From the IMG/VR virus record IMGVR_UViG_2912649904_000001, positions 25,860 through 89,859 of that record: DNA of 64,000 bases; one strand, given 5' to 3'. Both the position numbers and the translations under genes were made by a program. The number at the start of each line of letters is the position of its first letter. Within the stretch, counting starts at the first letter, position 1. The DNA comes from a virus (Duplodnaviria > Caudoviricetes). Below the pieces are notes generated by a model. That model had not been told where the DNA came from. It saw nothing but the letters and a program-made list of their open reading frames with translations, and did no database searches. Below, piece by piece: positions 1-10,170 of the stretch.

Positions 1-3
1 TCC

Positions 4-867
4 TCAGCGGATCTGGACGTTGACCGCGCACACGGTGCACGTCGTACCGACGACGAAGGTGCGCTCGATCAGCACGCGGCGGTCGTTCGTGCGGATGTTC
101 ACGGACGGGCCGGGCCGGTCGGGGGTAGTCACGGACGGGCCGCGGCGGATGACGAGCGGGCCGGTGATGTAGAGCCAAGCCGTACCTGGGTCGGCGGGGG
201 TTCCGCCGGGCCCGGTGTTCTCCGCCGAGTAACCGGCGCCGATCACCACGCAGTTGCCAGCCAGCGTGCTCAGTGCGCCCGTCGCCGGGTTCTCAAGCGC
301 GAGGTCGCAACAGCCGAGCAAGGCGGCGGCCGAGGCCGGGATGTGGATGACGCCGACACCGCCGTACGACTCCGCGAGGCAGCCCTCCAGCGCGGCGACG
401 CCCTGAGAGACGGTCAGCGGCCCGCCGTCGGGTGTGAGGTCGATGGCGTAGCGGGTCAGCTTCCTCCGCCAGAACGCGGCCTCAAGCGCCTTCTGTTCAC
501 CGAGGGCAAGAGTCGCTTCGGCGTGTTCGCGGGCCTCTTCGTACGACCAGCCGATCGTCGAGCACTCGGCACCCGCGTACAGCGTGATCGGCTCGGCGTA
601 CTCGGTCTCGGGGCGGCAGAACTGCTTGGAGCCCGGAGACTCGTCCCCCGGCGATTCATCGCCTGGTGACTCGTCTCCTGGCGACTCGTCCAGGCACGGG
701 TCCGTCCAGGACCGGACGGGGCAGCAGCCGAGCGCCAGCCACTCGACCCCGAGCAGCTCGTGCTCGTCAGCGACGTCACGCACGTCCGTACACGGGGTGG
801 TGAGGATGCCGTGTGGCAAGGGCGTCCCGTCGATCGCTTCGACCTGCTTCCGCAGTCCTGCGGCCAC
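4..867 (-). CDS. Putative virion structural protein downstream of major capsid
   Basis: GTG start with AAGGAG RBS, directly follows the capsid gene; Cys/beta-rich. Confidence 0.55.
   Translation of the reverse strand: MAAGLRKQVEAIDGTPLPHGILTTPCTDVRDVADEHELLGVEWLALGCCPVRSWTDPCLDESPGDESPGDESPGDESPGSKQFCRPETEYAEPITLYAGAECSTIGWSYEEAREHAEATLALGEQKALEAAFWRRKLTRYAIDLTPDGGPLTVSQGVAALEGCLAESYGGVGVIHIPASAAALLGCCDLALENPATGALSTLAGNCVVIGAGYSAENTGPGGTPADPGTAWLYITGPLVIRRGPSVTTPDRPGPSVNIRTNDRRVLIERTFVVGTTCTVCAVNVQIR
631..690 (-). repeat. 4 x 15-bp degenerate tandem repeat encoding DESPG
   Basis: Protein reads DESPGDESPGDESPGDESPG. Confidence 0.9.
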
Positions 868-945
868 GTGCTCAGCTCCTTCGGTATGGGGCGGTGGGCC
901 GGCGCCACCCGAAGCACCGGCCCACCGCGGTCTGGGTGCTGGACG

Positions 946-2580
946 TCAGGAGGCGTCGCAGACCATGAGCGACTGTGCTCCGGTCTCACCGGTCGGGCAG
1001 ACGGGCACGGTGACGGCGCGGGTGTCCACTGAGCGATCCACGAGGGCGACGCATTCCTCTGCGAAAAGTGCGGTGTAGTCGTTCGTGGAGAACTTCGTGC
1101 TGTCGTGGACGACGCCGAGGTTGACCTCTTCGCCACGGCCGATCTGGAGCTGACCGGAGGGGTACATGAGGAACGTGACCTCGTCCGGCCATTCCACAGC
1201 GGCGGCCGGCCCGCCGATGTCGGCGGGGACGGCCGGGGTGAGGCCGCGGGCCCACTGCACCATCACGCCGAGCGGCGTGAACATGTCCTGCACCATCTGC
1301 GGATCGACCTGATCGGTCGTCACGCCGTTGCGGCGTGCGAGGTCGGCCAGGAAGAGGTTCCGGGACCACCACGGGAACACGACCTCGATGGCCGTGCTCT
1401 CGCACAGGCTGTGACGCTCGATCATGTCGGCGGCCTGGAGGGCGACCGCTGCGTACACGGCGGACAGGGCGCCCATCGTCGGCGGGAGGGCGACGGGCGT
1501 TGCGCCGGCGAGCGCCTGCTGGAACAGGGCCTGCCTGATCCTGATCTCGTGCGCGACCATGGTGTTCCTGAGGTACCAGGCGACCAGCTCCGGGAAGTGG
1601 CGCTGCGTCAGGATGCCCGCCTCAAGGCACACGCCGACGGCGTCACATCGGACCTCGACCGGGTCCGGGCAAGGGATCTTGAAGCAGGGCTTCGTCGCGC
1701 CGGAGATGTCGTCGGCTTCAGTGTGGATCCACGTCATCGAGGCGACGTCGAGGCTCGGGGTCTTGTAGTAGCGCAGTCCACCACGGGCGAGCTGGATCTC
1801 GGGGGCGTCCCACAGCATGTCAGGGCACGCCACATCGAGCAGGTCGTAAACCGTCTCGGAGGGCGCGCACCAGCCGCCGGACGCGATGAGGTCCTGCTGC
1901 GGCAGTCGCCGCTGGTTCGCCGCCTGGATGGCCACGGTGGTGCCCTCCGGCGCGCTGCTGGAGTCCGTGACGATCAAGTCGTGGGTGTACGGGTGCCGGT
2001 AGGAGATGACCTGCCCGACGCCTCCACCGGCGGTCTTGAGCGCGTTGGCGCGAGAGATGATCCCGGCGGTGATGTCGCCGAAGTCGAGCGCGGCGCCCGG
2101 AGTGTAGCCGGGCACGTCGACCGCCGCGGTGATGCTGGTGGTCGGCGCGGGGGGTTCGGGCAGTACGCGCGGCTGGCGGCGCCGCACACCGGACAGGTTC
2201 AGGGCCGGCCGCTGCGCGATGGCGGCGCTGACCGTCTTCACCTGCTCCGGCTCGGGCTCCGGCTCGGCCGCCGCGGTGGCGGTGTCGTCGGCGGGCTCCT
2301 CGTCGGCGGGCTCCTCGGGCTGAGCATCGCCGCCCCTCACCTGCGCGGCGAGCGAGTCGATCTCCGCAGCGGCCTTCTCGGCCGCCTTTCGGCGTGCGGC
2401 CTGCTCGGTGCGGATACCGTCGACCGTCGTGGCGAGGGACCGAAGGGACTCAAGGTCCTTGGTCGTGACGCTGGTGGACTGCGACTTGGCGTCGAACGCT
2501 GCCACGGCGCCCTCAAGCGCTTCGTTCAGCTCGTCGTCCGACAGTGCGGTGACGTCTTCGGGGATCTCGAACTCAGCCAT
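946..2580 (-). CDS. Major capsid protein with N-terminal scaffold-like coiled region
   Basis: Acidic coiled N-terminus, then ASGGWCAPSETVYD...RGG motif typical of actinophage capsids; follows the protease. Confidence 0.85.
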   Translation of the reverse strand: MAEFEIPEDVTALSDDELNEALEGAVAAFDAKSQSTSVTTKDLESLRSLATTVDGIRTEQAARRKAAEKAAAEIDSLAAQVRGGDAQPEEPADEEPADDTATAAAEPEPEPEQVKTVSAAIAQRPALNLSGVRRRQPRVLPEPPAPTTSITAAVDVPGYTPGAALDFGDITAGIISRANALKTAGGGVGQVISYRHPYTHDLIVTDSSSAPEGTTVAIQAANQRRLPQQDLIASGGWCAPSETVYDLLDVACPDMLWDAPEIQLARGGLRYYKTPSLDVASMTWIHTEADDISGATKPCFKIPCPDPVEVRCDAVGVCLEAGILTQRHFPELVAWYLRNTMVAHEIRIRQALFQQALAGATPVALPPTMGALSAVYAAVALQAADMIERHSLCESTAIEVVFPWWSRNLFLADLARRNGVTTDQVDPQMVQDMFTPLGVMVQWARGLTPAVPADIGGPAAAVEWPDEVTFLMYPSGQLQIGRGEEVNLGVVHDSTKFSTNDYTALFAEECVALVDRSVDTRAVTVPVCPTGETGAQSLMVCDAS

Positions 2581-2727
2581 GAAAGCCGGGCCTCCGGTGT
2601 CGCTTCGTGGAGTGCCCGGCCCAGAACCAGCGGCTTTGCGGGGCGGCCCGGCAATGGCCGGACGGCCGCCCCGCATCAGTTTAGCCCGAACCGTTCACGC
2701 TGCTCGGGCATGTGTCAAGCCGCGCTG

Positions 2728-2955
2728 TCAGGCGCGGTTGACGGTCTTCGTCGTCGTGCTCGTCGTCCTGGCGGTGGTGTTCGCCGAGGCGCTGGTGGTG
2801 CTGTCGCCCGGCTTGGCCTTCGGCCTCACGGACGAGCCTTTGTAGCGCTTCGATACTGCGTTCGCGGTCGGCTGTGACCCGGAAGTGAACACGACCTTCC
2901 CGGCCTCGGTGACAACCTCGAACTGTTCGCGCTTCCCCTTGCAGGCACAGGGCAT
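2728..2955 (-). CDS. Small head-module protein (MPCACK...)
   Basis: Start overlaps upstream stop; N-terminal CxC. Confidence 0.6.
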   Translation of the reverse strand: MPCACKGKREQFEVVTEAGKVVFTSGSQPTANAVSKRYKGSSVRPKAKPGDSTTSASANTTARTTSTTTKTVNRA

Positions 2956-5900
2956 CAGACGGCTCCTTCCTTCTCGACGTGCCCGGCGGCGATCTCCTCG
3001 CGGGCCGGGGCGATAACAGATGCGGCGAGCCGGGCCGCCTCGTCGCGGGCGGCTTCCTCGCGCTGCTCCTGGCGGCGGTCCATCGCGGTCAGGAGCGCGT
3101 CGACGAACGGGACGCTGGACAGCAGTGACCTGGCGACCTGGTCAACGTCGCCGCTCGCCGCCGGGCGGTGCCCGGACATGTCCGGGCCGGTGTCCGGACG
3201 CTGCCCGGCGATGCCAGGAGTCGTGCGTGCGGACATGTCCGGAACGGTGTCCGAGGTGTCCAGGACAGCGGCGGCGGCCGACGCCGCGAGGGCAAGGTTC
3301 GAGCGCTCGGCGACCGCGGTTGCGAGCAGTGGCGAGGAGTGGCCGGGGACGGGCACGGACAGCACGGCACGGAGCTGCCACCGGCCGCCGCGCTGCTTCA
3401 TGTGGTAGCTCGGCTGGCACGCCGCAAACACGTTCCGATCCCACTCGGACAGCCAGGGGGCGGCGGCGCCGCTGAACCACATGCCCCTGCTGTTCATGCC
3501 GACCGTGATGATCGCGGCGACGGTTCGGGTGTCGTCGAACTGGCAGGCAGCCGACTCGCATTCGGCCCCGTCCCTGTGATGCGGAGCGTTCATGGTGAAC
3601 GCCCCGGCCTTGACCATCCTGCCGTTGTCGAGCTTGAACCTGGCCCGCAGGAAATGCGTCGTGTCGATGCGTCCCAGAGACTCGATCGTCAGGTTCTTCC
3701 CGGGGTACCCGGCGTGCGGCTCACCGGCCTGCGCGACCCAGCCGTAGACCCGCCCGTTCGCGTAGTGCACCCCACCCGAACCAGGGGGCAGTTCCTCGGC
3801 GGTGGGCTCACGGAACCAGGCGGCGGGCATCGGATCGGCCTCACGCATCGCGGACCAGGCCGACGCCTCCAGCTCGCTAATCGACGCCATCGCCTCGTCG
3901 CCGTTGTCGCCGTTGCCGTCGCCGTCGTCACCGATCCACGGCGGCACGATCGACGGGTCGTCGTACGCCTTCGCGATCCGCTCGTACAGCGTCTCGACTC
4001 GGCCGCGTACGGCCTCGCGGTCGTCCTCAGGCAGGTCAACACCGCCCCGGCCGCCCTGGAGCACAGCAGCGATCGCGTACACCCCTGCCGGGATGACCTC
4101 CAGGTGGTCGTCGACGACATCGGCGAACGGCAGCTTGTACGCGGCTGCCGTCGCCGGGTCGGCGTCGTCGTCGCGGTACAGGAACCCCGAGGCGAGCTTG
4201 TCGGCGTCGACCTCGTCTCCGTCGGTCGCCCACGCCAGGATCGCCTTCTGCGCGGCGGGGCCGTCCCACTTCCGGTCAGGGTCGGCGTGCACCGGCAGTT
4301 CGAGGTCACCGGACACCGACGCGGCCAGCTCGGCGCCCTCGTTGGCGGGGCCGATATACAGGCCGCGCGCCAGACGCACGAGCCGCCCCGCCTTCACCGC
4401 CCGCGCGAGGTGCCCGCGCGCGGTCTCCATGCGGATACCGAGTGCCTTAGCGACCTCGCGCGCACCGACCGGCACAGGGGCTGCCTTCACGTAGTTCACG
4501 ATCCGCAGGTGCGCCGCAGACGGCCCGGACCCGGCGGCCAGCGCGTACTCGCCGTCGTCGGCCGGTGCTTCGGCCGGTAGGTCGTCGAGGACGATGCGAG
4601 CCTGGGCGTACGCGGGCATCGCGACGAGGGTCGCGCCACGCAGCCGCGCCCGGGTCACCCGCAGCAGCAGATCTCCGCTGTGCTCGGAGTGCAGGACAAC
4701 CCCGTCCGGGCTGTCCGGGTCACCAGCCCCGGCGGTGAGGATGCCTGCCGGGCCGAGCGCAGCCCGTACTGCGGCCGCCGGTACCCGACCGTTGCGGCCA
4801 GTGATCAGCTGCGTGCCAGTCGCAGTGCGGGAGAGCGCGGCACCGGAGGCGGTCCACTGGGCGGTCGCCGTCGCGGTGATCGACCACGACCCGTCGTCGA
4901 GGCGGAGGAACGACGCGGACGGCAGCGACGCGGCGAACAGCACGACCTCGTCGTCTGGCTCGTCGACTCGTTCACTGCTGTTGTCGACGAACTCCACCGA
5001 GACATCGTCGAGGTCGACCGAGACGCCCAGTGGTGCCTTCTCTTCGAGCAACATCAGGGCGTCGGCACCGGCCGGTCGCCCCGGGTAGATGACGCCGGTT
5101 CCGGTGATGCGGTCGCCGTCTCGGCCGATGGTCTGGATGGACCCGGCCAGCTCGGCGCCTTCGTGGCCCATCAGCATCTCGTCGGCGTGCTGGAGCGGCC
5201 ACGGCCCCGCGCCGTCCCAGTACAGGCTGTTGGGACGGAACACGCGGCCGTCGCCGGTCTGCTGGTTTTCGAAGGCGAGGGCGGTGTCATCGGGTGTGGA
5301 CCAGGGGCGCGCCGCGGGGCCCTGCCCGGTCTCTTGGTCGTCCATGGGGTCCTCCTTGTCCTGGTCGAGTGGGATGTCGGTGTGCTCTCCAGCGAAGGCG
5401 ACGCGCAAGCGGTCGAAGCGGACCGGGCCGAGGCGTTCGTTCATCGCCGACAGCAGGGCGGGGCTGCGCGAGTAGGCAGCGCACACGTGGGGCTGCCACG
5501 GCGAGTGCTGGGCGGGCAGCTCGGGCTGCCGGTGCATGCCCTCCAGGGCGTACGACGCGGCCTGCCGGGCGGCGTCGAGGCCAGGGCCGTCCACTTCCCG
5601 GTCGTCGCCGACGGACCACACCCAACAGGGGTCGTCGCCATCCGCGTTCCACTGGTTCGCGCCGAATGCCCGCCCTGCGAAGGCTTCCAGGTCGGCGCTG
5701 ATGGAGCGGAGCCGGTCGACGAGGTCGGAGCGGTGCTCCTCGTCCCAGTCGGCGGCCTCGCCCAGATAGACCAGCGTCAGGTGCAGCTCGCGGGCGGGTT
5801 CGGCGCCGGGTGCGGCGAGCGCGAGACGTTCGGCGTCCTCTTCGGTCGGTACCAGGGCGATCATGGCGCCCGTCTGCGCCCCGGCGGCGGCGGTCACGTC

Positions 5901-6743
5901 TGGCATCACGCGGTTCTCCCTTGGGATTGAAACTCCGGCCGGTGAGGCGCCTTGAGATTCCAAGGCGGCTGTCTGCTGCTCGGGGGCGATACCGAGGCGG
6001 CATCGGCAGTTCACGACAAGGGAAGCCGGGGCAGTCGGGTCGCCGGGGGCCTGCATCTGTACGCCGCCGACGGTGAACGTCTCATCGAGGAGGCGGAGTT
6101 GCCCGTCCACCTGATCGTGGGAGTCGCGTACGCGGACGTTGTTCCGGGTGATCCACTGCTTGACCAGTGCCCGGCCCGGGCCGGTGGTGGCGCGGGCGGC
6201 TTCCAGCGTCGCGGTGTTCCAGGCGCGGGTCGCTTCGGTCGCAGCGACGCGGTGTTCTCGGCCGGGACCGAGCTGCGCACGGTCGCGGGCGAAGGCGTCG
6301 CGGAGGCGGGCGCGGAGCTGGTCGATGGTCTCCCCGGCGTCGAGCCCTGCGGCGAGTTCGCGGCGGGTGGCGTCGGCCAGGCGGTCGCCGACGGCGCGCA
6401 GCAGGTGCTCGGTCGTCTCGGCGTACTGGCCAAGCCCGTCGGGCAGGGTGCCGTTGTCGTACCGGCCGGGCAGATCGTCCCAGCCGTCGGGGAGTTCGGC
6501 GTCGGCATCTTCGGCTGCCGCGGTGGCAGCGGTTTCGGCGAGCCTCAGCAGGCGCCGCACGAGGCCGGTCACGTGGCTGTGCCACATGCGGGCGATGCGG
6601 CCGACGGAGAACCGTGCGGCGACAAGTTCGGTGGCGTCAGCGAGGGCGTCGGCGAACTCGTCGGCGGTCGCAGTGAGTGCGGCGGCCACCGCCTTGGCGA
6701 AGTCGCGCTCTGCGGCGTCGAGTTGCGCGTTGCGGTCAGGCAC
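2955..6743 (-). CDS. Head polyprotein: MuF-like minor head domain + 2H phosphoesterase + prohead protease-like + wHTH + further domains
   Basis: KQW...VRDSH...VNCRC (MuF); HLTL and PHVC (2H motifs); GVSVDLD...ATLVAMPAY (protease-like); AREVAKALGI...LVRLARGLY (wHTH). Confidence 0.8.
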   Translation of the reverse strand: MPDRNAQLDAAERDFAKAVAAALTATADEFADALADATELVAARFSVGRIARMWHSHVTGLVRRLLRLAETAATAAAEDADAELPDGWDDLPGRYDNGTLPDGLGQYAETTEHLLRAVGDRLADATRRELAAGLDAGETIDQLRARLRDAFARDRAQLGPGREHRVAATEATRAWNTATLEAARATTGPGRALVKQWITRNNVRVRDSHDQVDGQLRLLDETFTVGGVQMQAPGDPTAPASLVVNCRCRLGIAPEQQTAALESQGASPAGVSIPRENRVMPDVTAAAGAQTGAMIALVPTEEDAERLALAAPGAEPARELHLTLVYLGEAADWDEEHRSDLVDRLRSISADLEAFAGRAFGANQWNADGDDPCWVWSVGDDREVDGPGLDAARQAASYALEGMHRQPELPAQHSPWQPHVCAAYSRSPALLSAMNERLGPVRFDRLRVAFAGEHTDIPLDQDKEDPMDDQETGQGPAARPWSTPDDTALAFENQQTGDGRVFRPNSLYWDGAGPWPLQHADEMLMGHEGAELAGSIQTIGRDGDRITGTGVIYPGRPAGADALMLLEEKAPLGVSVDLDDVSVEFVDNSSERVDEPDDEVVLFAASLPSASFLRLDDGSWSITATATAQWTASGAALSRTATGTQLITGRNGRVPAAAVRAALGPAGILTAGAGDPDSPDGVVLHSEHSGDLLLRVTRARLRGATLVAMPAYAQARIVLDDLPAEAPADDGEYALAAGSGPSAAHLRIVNYVKAAPVPVGAREVAKALGIRMETARGHLARAVKAGRLVRLARGLYIGPANEGAELAASVSGDLELPVHADPDRKWDGPAAQKAILAWATDGDEVDADKLASGFLYRDDDADPATAAAYKLPFADVVDDHLEVIPAGVYAIAAVLQGGRGGVDLPEDDREAVRGRVETLYERIAKAYDDPSIVPPWIGDDGDGNGDNGDEAMASISELEASAWSAMREADPMPAAWFREPTAEELPPGSGGVHYANGRVYGWVAQAGEPHAGYPGKNLTIESLGRIDTTHFLRARFKLDNGRMVKAGAFTMNAPHHRDGAECESAACQFDDTRTVAAIITVGMNSRGMWFSGAAAPWLSEWDRNVFAACQPSYHMKQRGGRWQLRAVLSVPVPGHSSPLLATAVAERSNLALAASAAAAVLDTSDTVPDMSARTTPGIAGQRPDTGPDMSGHRPAASGDVDQVARSLLSSVPFVDALLTAMDRRQEQREEAARDEAARLAASVIAPAREEIAAGHVEKEGAV

Positions 6744-6975
6744 GGTTGATCCTCCTCACCGGTAGCGGGCTGTCGGGGTCGTCGCAGATTTCGCACCACG
6801 TCCAGATGCCGACGGTGGCGACACCGCCGGGGCTGAGCAGCAGCAGCGGTGTGGTGATCTGCGTCCACGCCTTGCAGTCCGCGCACCAGCCCGTCACCAA
6901 AGTTCCGGCGTGCAGGGACAAGTCCCCGCCGGTTGGGGCCTGTAGCGGCAGCTGAGGGCCGCGGGGCCCGGTCAC
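6736..6975 (-). CDS. Small zinc-ribbon protein
   Basis: CADC...CEIC; GTGA-coupled to portal stop. Confidence 0.5.
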   Translation of the reverse strand: MTGPRGPQLPLQAPTGGDLSLHAGTLVTGWCADCKAWTQITTPLLLLSPGGVATVGIWTWCEICDDPDSPLPVRRINRA

Positions 6976-8708
6976 TGGGCGCCGCCGACACACGAGGTGA
7001 GGACGGTCGACACCAGCCGGTATTCGTGCTCGATGCCGGCCGCGATCAGCTCCCGGGCGTAGTTGTCGAGCGACGCGGTCAGGCACTCGACGTCGAGGCC
7101 GTAGCGGATGGCGATCTCGGGGGCGCGGGACCAGGCGCCATCGAGGAGCCGCCACTGTTCGACCTGCGTGGGCTCGACCGGGAGCAGCGTGTGCAGGCGG
7201 GCTGAGTCGACGTCGCGGGCCTTCGCGCGCTCACTGCGGGGGCAGGCGGGCGTCTTCCGCAGCTTCTCCCCGGCGGCGGTCAGCGCGCACCAGATCAGAC
7301 CGTCCGCGGCGGCGAGGAGCCCGTCACTGGCGCCAACCGTGGCCGAGGCGGGCAGGGTGTCCGGCTCTGCCTCCGTCTCGTCGACGGGCAAGTCGGGCCC
7401 GCCGGGCGCCTCCTCGGTGTCGTCGGCGTTCTCGTCCTGGTCGTCGTTGTTGGTCTGCTGCTCGGCTTCGGTGGGGGCGTCGCTGTCGTCGAAGCCGGTC
7501 TCGCGGCGGAGGGCGTCGGCGGAGATAGCGCGTCGGTCGAAGACCTGCAACGCGGTCTCCGACCTGTTCGTACGGACGCGGAGTGGGCTGGTGTCGTACC
7601 AGACGAGCCAGCGGTGCCAATCCGGATCGCCTTCGGATTCGAGAATGGGGCGGAGCCACTGCTGCGTGAGGGCGTAGGAGACCGTCCGCAGCTTCGGTTC
7701 GATGCCCAGGCGGATCGCCTCGGAGGTGAGTGCCCAGGCGCCCCAGTGGTTCACGTCGCCGAGTCCGAGCAGGATCTCGGCGGGGATCTCAAGGCCGGTC
7801 GCGAAGCGTCGCACGGCCTCTTCCCGCAGCTTGAGCGCGAGTTCGTCAAACTGCGACTCGAAGGTGATGTGCTTGAACTCGGCGATGGTGTCCGGCGGCA
7901 GCTCCAGCACGATCGGCACCGTCGCGGCGGCGCTCTCGGGGTCGCGGATCGCGGTTTCGGCGATCGTCATGAAAATCTCGATCAGGTCGTCCTCGCCTGA
8001 TCCCTGCTGCTGTGACGACGGGAACCGTGTGCCCTTGGGGACGAGGAGCAGTCCCCGGCCGGTGATCCTGCTGCGGGCGATGGCCTTCACAGCGGCGTTG
8101 AGGAGGAGCAGTTCCTCCAGAAGCTCCAGCGACGACCTGACCGGGCTGTCGGCGTCGATGGACCGCTCGGGGTCCGGCTCCCACACGCGGAGCGCCACCG
8201 GCCCGTCGGGGTCCATCGTGTCGGGGTCGCCCTCGGGGATCGGGACGTCTTCGCCGTCGATCTCCGCTGTGAGCTTGCCTTGCTGCTGGCGGACCTCGCG
8301 TACGGACAGGACACGCCAGTCGTGGCCGTCTTCCGGCGCGTACGGCGAGAGGACTTCGGCGTTGGGGCGAATGACGATCCAGCCCTCGCCGGGCACGGTC
8401 AGGTGTTTCCCGAACTGACCGAGCATCTTGGCCTGTCCGTCGGCGCCTCCGGCGATCTGGTCGACGATCTCGGCTGCGCGGTGGCCGGCCGGGGCCGGGT
8501 CGATCGAGCCGTCATCGTCCCGCCTGCCCGCGTAGAGGCGGGCGCCGGACATGGCGTTGCCGATCCACGAGGCGGCGAACCGCACTTCGGGGACCTGGTG
8601 GTACATGTCGTAGGCGCGGTGCTGCCATGACTGGTCGCCGGAGCCTTTCCCTCGGATCTTCCTGGAGGTGTAGCGGGATGCGGCGGCGACGATCTCCTTA
8701 CGCGGCAT
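6972..8708 (-). CDS. Portal protein
   Basis: Size and position; VPEVRFAASWIGNAMS, ADSPVR, P-EILLG...NHW motifs of actinophage portals. Confidence 0.85.
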   Translation of the reverse strand: MPRKEIVAAASRYTSRKIRGKGSGDQSWQHRAYDMYHQVPEVRFAASWIGNAMSGARLYAGRRDDDGSIDPAPAGHRAAEIVDQIAGGADGQAKMLGQFGKHLTVPGEGWIVIRPNAEVLSPYAPEDGHDWRVLSVREVRQQQGKLTAEIDGEDVPIPEGDPDTMDPDGPVALRVWEPDPERSIDADSPVRSSLELLEELLLLNAAVKAIARSRITGRGLLLVPKGTRFPSSQQQGSGEDDLIEIFMTIAETAIRDPESAAATVPIVLELPPDTIAEFKHITFESQFDELALKLREEAVRRFATGLEIPAEILLGLGDVNHWGAWALTSEAIRLGIEPKLRTVSYALTQQWLRPILESEGDPDWHRWLVWYDTSPLRVRTNRSETALQVFDRRAISADALRRETGFDDSDAPTEAEQQTNNDDQDENADDTEEAPGGPDLPVDETEAEPDTLPASATVGASDGLLAAADGLIWCALTAAGEKLRKTPACPRSERAKARDVDSARLHTLLPVEPTQVEQWRLLDGAWSRAPEIAIRYGLDVECLTASLDNYARELIAAGIEHEYRLVSTVLTSCVGGAQ

Positions 8709-9046
8709 CAGCCGTCAGCCTTCCGCTCGTCGTCCCAGCGGTTGAGGAGGACGGCGGCTCCGGCGACGGCCAGCCACTCGACGCCGTGCACGAGGACCGG
8801 GGCGTCCGGCCAGGCGTCGTTCACCAGCAGCCAGGTCGCGAGGAGCGCGCCAGAGATCCACCAACCCATGCAGTAGACGCAGGAGATCAGCGTCACGACG
8901 AACGCGCGCACCTTGGCTTCGGGCTGGGCCTCGTGCCAGGCGAAGATCCGGTCACGAAGCGGATCGAGGATCGTGTCATGGACCGCGAGCTGCGTGCCGC
9001 GGTACCCGGCCAGGGCCAGGAGGGCGAGTTCGGGGAGTTGGAGCAC
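8708..9046 (-). CDS. DUF1360-like membrane protein
   Basis: YR-T-L-VHD-I-DPLR and LISCVYCMGWW motifs; hydrophobic helices. Confidence 0.75.
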   Translation of the reverse strand: MLQLPELALLALAGYRGTQLAVHDTILDPLRDRIFAWHEAQPEAKVRAFVVTLISCVYCMGWWISGALLATWLLVNDAWPDAPVLVHGVEWLAVAGAAVLLNRWDDERKADG

Positions 9047-9211
9047 TGCCGCCCCCTATGCGGAGATCATCCGGGCAACGTCAGCGGGTGATGATAGACC
9101 ACCTCGCAGACCCTCCCCCGGCGTAATTTCCGCAGGCCAGACCGCATTTTTAGATCACGCTGGAGGTGTATCGGCCCCCGGCGGGCGGAAGGCGGGGCAG
9201 CGGGGGCAAGG

Positions 9212-9475
9212 TCAGAACAGGGCCCACGCATCCTCAGCCTGACCGCGCTGCGGTGTCTCGTCATCGGAGACATCGTCAAGTTCGAGCTGATGAGCGGGCG
9301 GCGGCAGCTCGACGACGTTTAGGGAGCCGGGACACGACACCAGTGGCCCGTCCGGGGAGCGCAAAGCCCCGGGGTCGTCGTGCCGCCACAAGCGGCCCAT
9401 GGAGAGACGACCGGCGACCGGTCCTGCCGCGGTGGGTCGGCCGCAGCTCGGGCACAGGACACGGGGCAGCTTCAT
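9212..9475 (-). CDS. Small zinc-finger hypothetical protein
   Basis: CPSC...RH...CPGS pattern. Confidence 0.55.
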   Translation of the reverse strand: MKLPRVLCPSCGRPTAAGPVAGRLSMGRLWRHDDPGALRSPDGPLVSCPGSLNVVELPPPAHQLELDDVSDDETPQRGQAEDAWALF

Positions 9476-9709
9476 GGTGCCCAGTGTGGCGCGCCCAGAC
9501 AGCGGACGTACGCACTTCCCGGCCACAGCGGTCAGCCTGGATTGGCAGCCAACCTGCTACTGCTGGAGGTTGCAGGCTCGCGTGCTCGTCTCGTCGAGTA
9601 CCGAGGCAGTCGGCGGCCACCAGGCTGCCCCTGACCACGGTTCGCGCCCCTTCGTCCATACTCGTTGGCCGCCGCAGCGAGGACGGCAGGCGGCTCGTAT
9701 GCTCCAGGG

Positions 9710-10000
9710 GTGTATGAGTTCCCGCAAGACCTGGTCGAAGCGTCCCGCACCTGCCGGAAGCTGACCGCCCGCATTGACGAGCTCCCATACCGGGCAGTCA
9801 CACTCGCCGACGGGACGCCGGTGGAGCGGCGCCGCCCAGCAATCGACTACGACCAGGCGCTTGAGGACGAGTTGGCCGAGCTGCGCCGCGAACGGCTCGC
9901 CGCAGCGGTGGACGTGGTCACGCACACGTTCTGGGTGTCGGTGGACGCCGGGGACCGGACTACCGCGCGAACCGCGCTCCACGAGGCTGTTCGAAGCTGA
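9710..10000 (+). CDS. Hypothetical protein
   Basis: Protein-like composition (YEFPQDL...HTFW). Confidence 0.55.
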   Translation: MYEFPQDLVEASRTCRKLTARIDELPYRAVTLADGTPVERRRPAIDYDQALEDELAELRRERLAAAVDVVTHTFWVSVDAGDRTTARTALHEAVRS

Positions 10001-10170
10001 GCCGAAATTCCCCTCCCTGTCTGCGGACCTTCTGTGACGATCGATCGCAAGTCGTCAGGCTCAGGGGGTAGTTCGTTGATCACGCTCGGCGTAGTGGGCG
10101 GTGATCGCCCCCTCGATGCGTGAGCATATGGCTTTCGCGCGTTCGTCGGCGGCTCGCTACGGTCGTCGCC

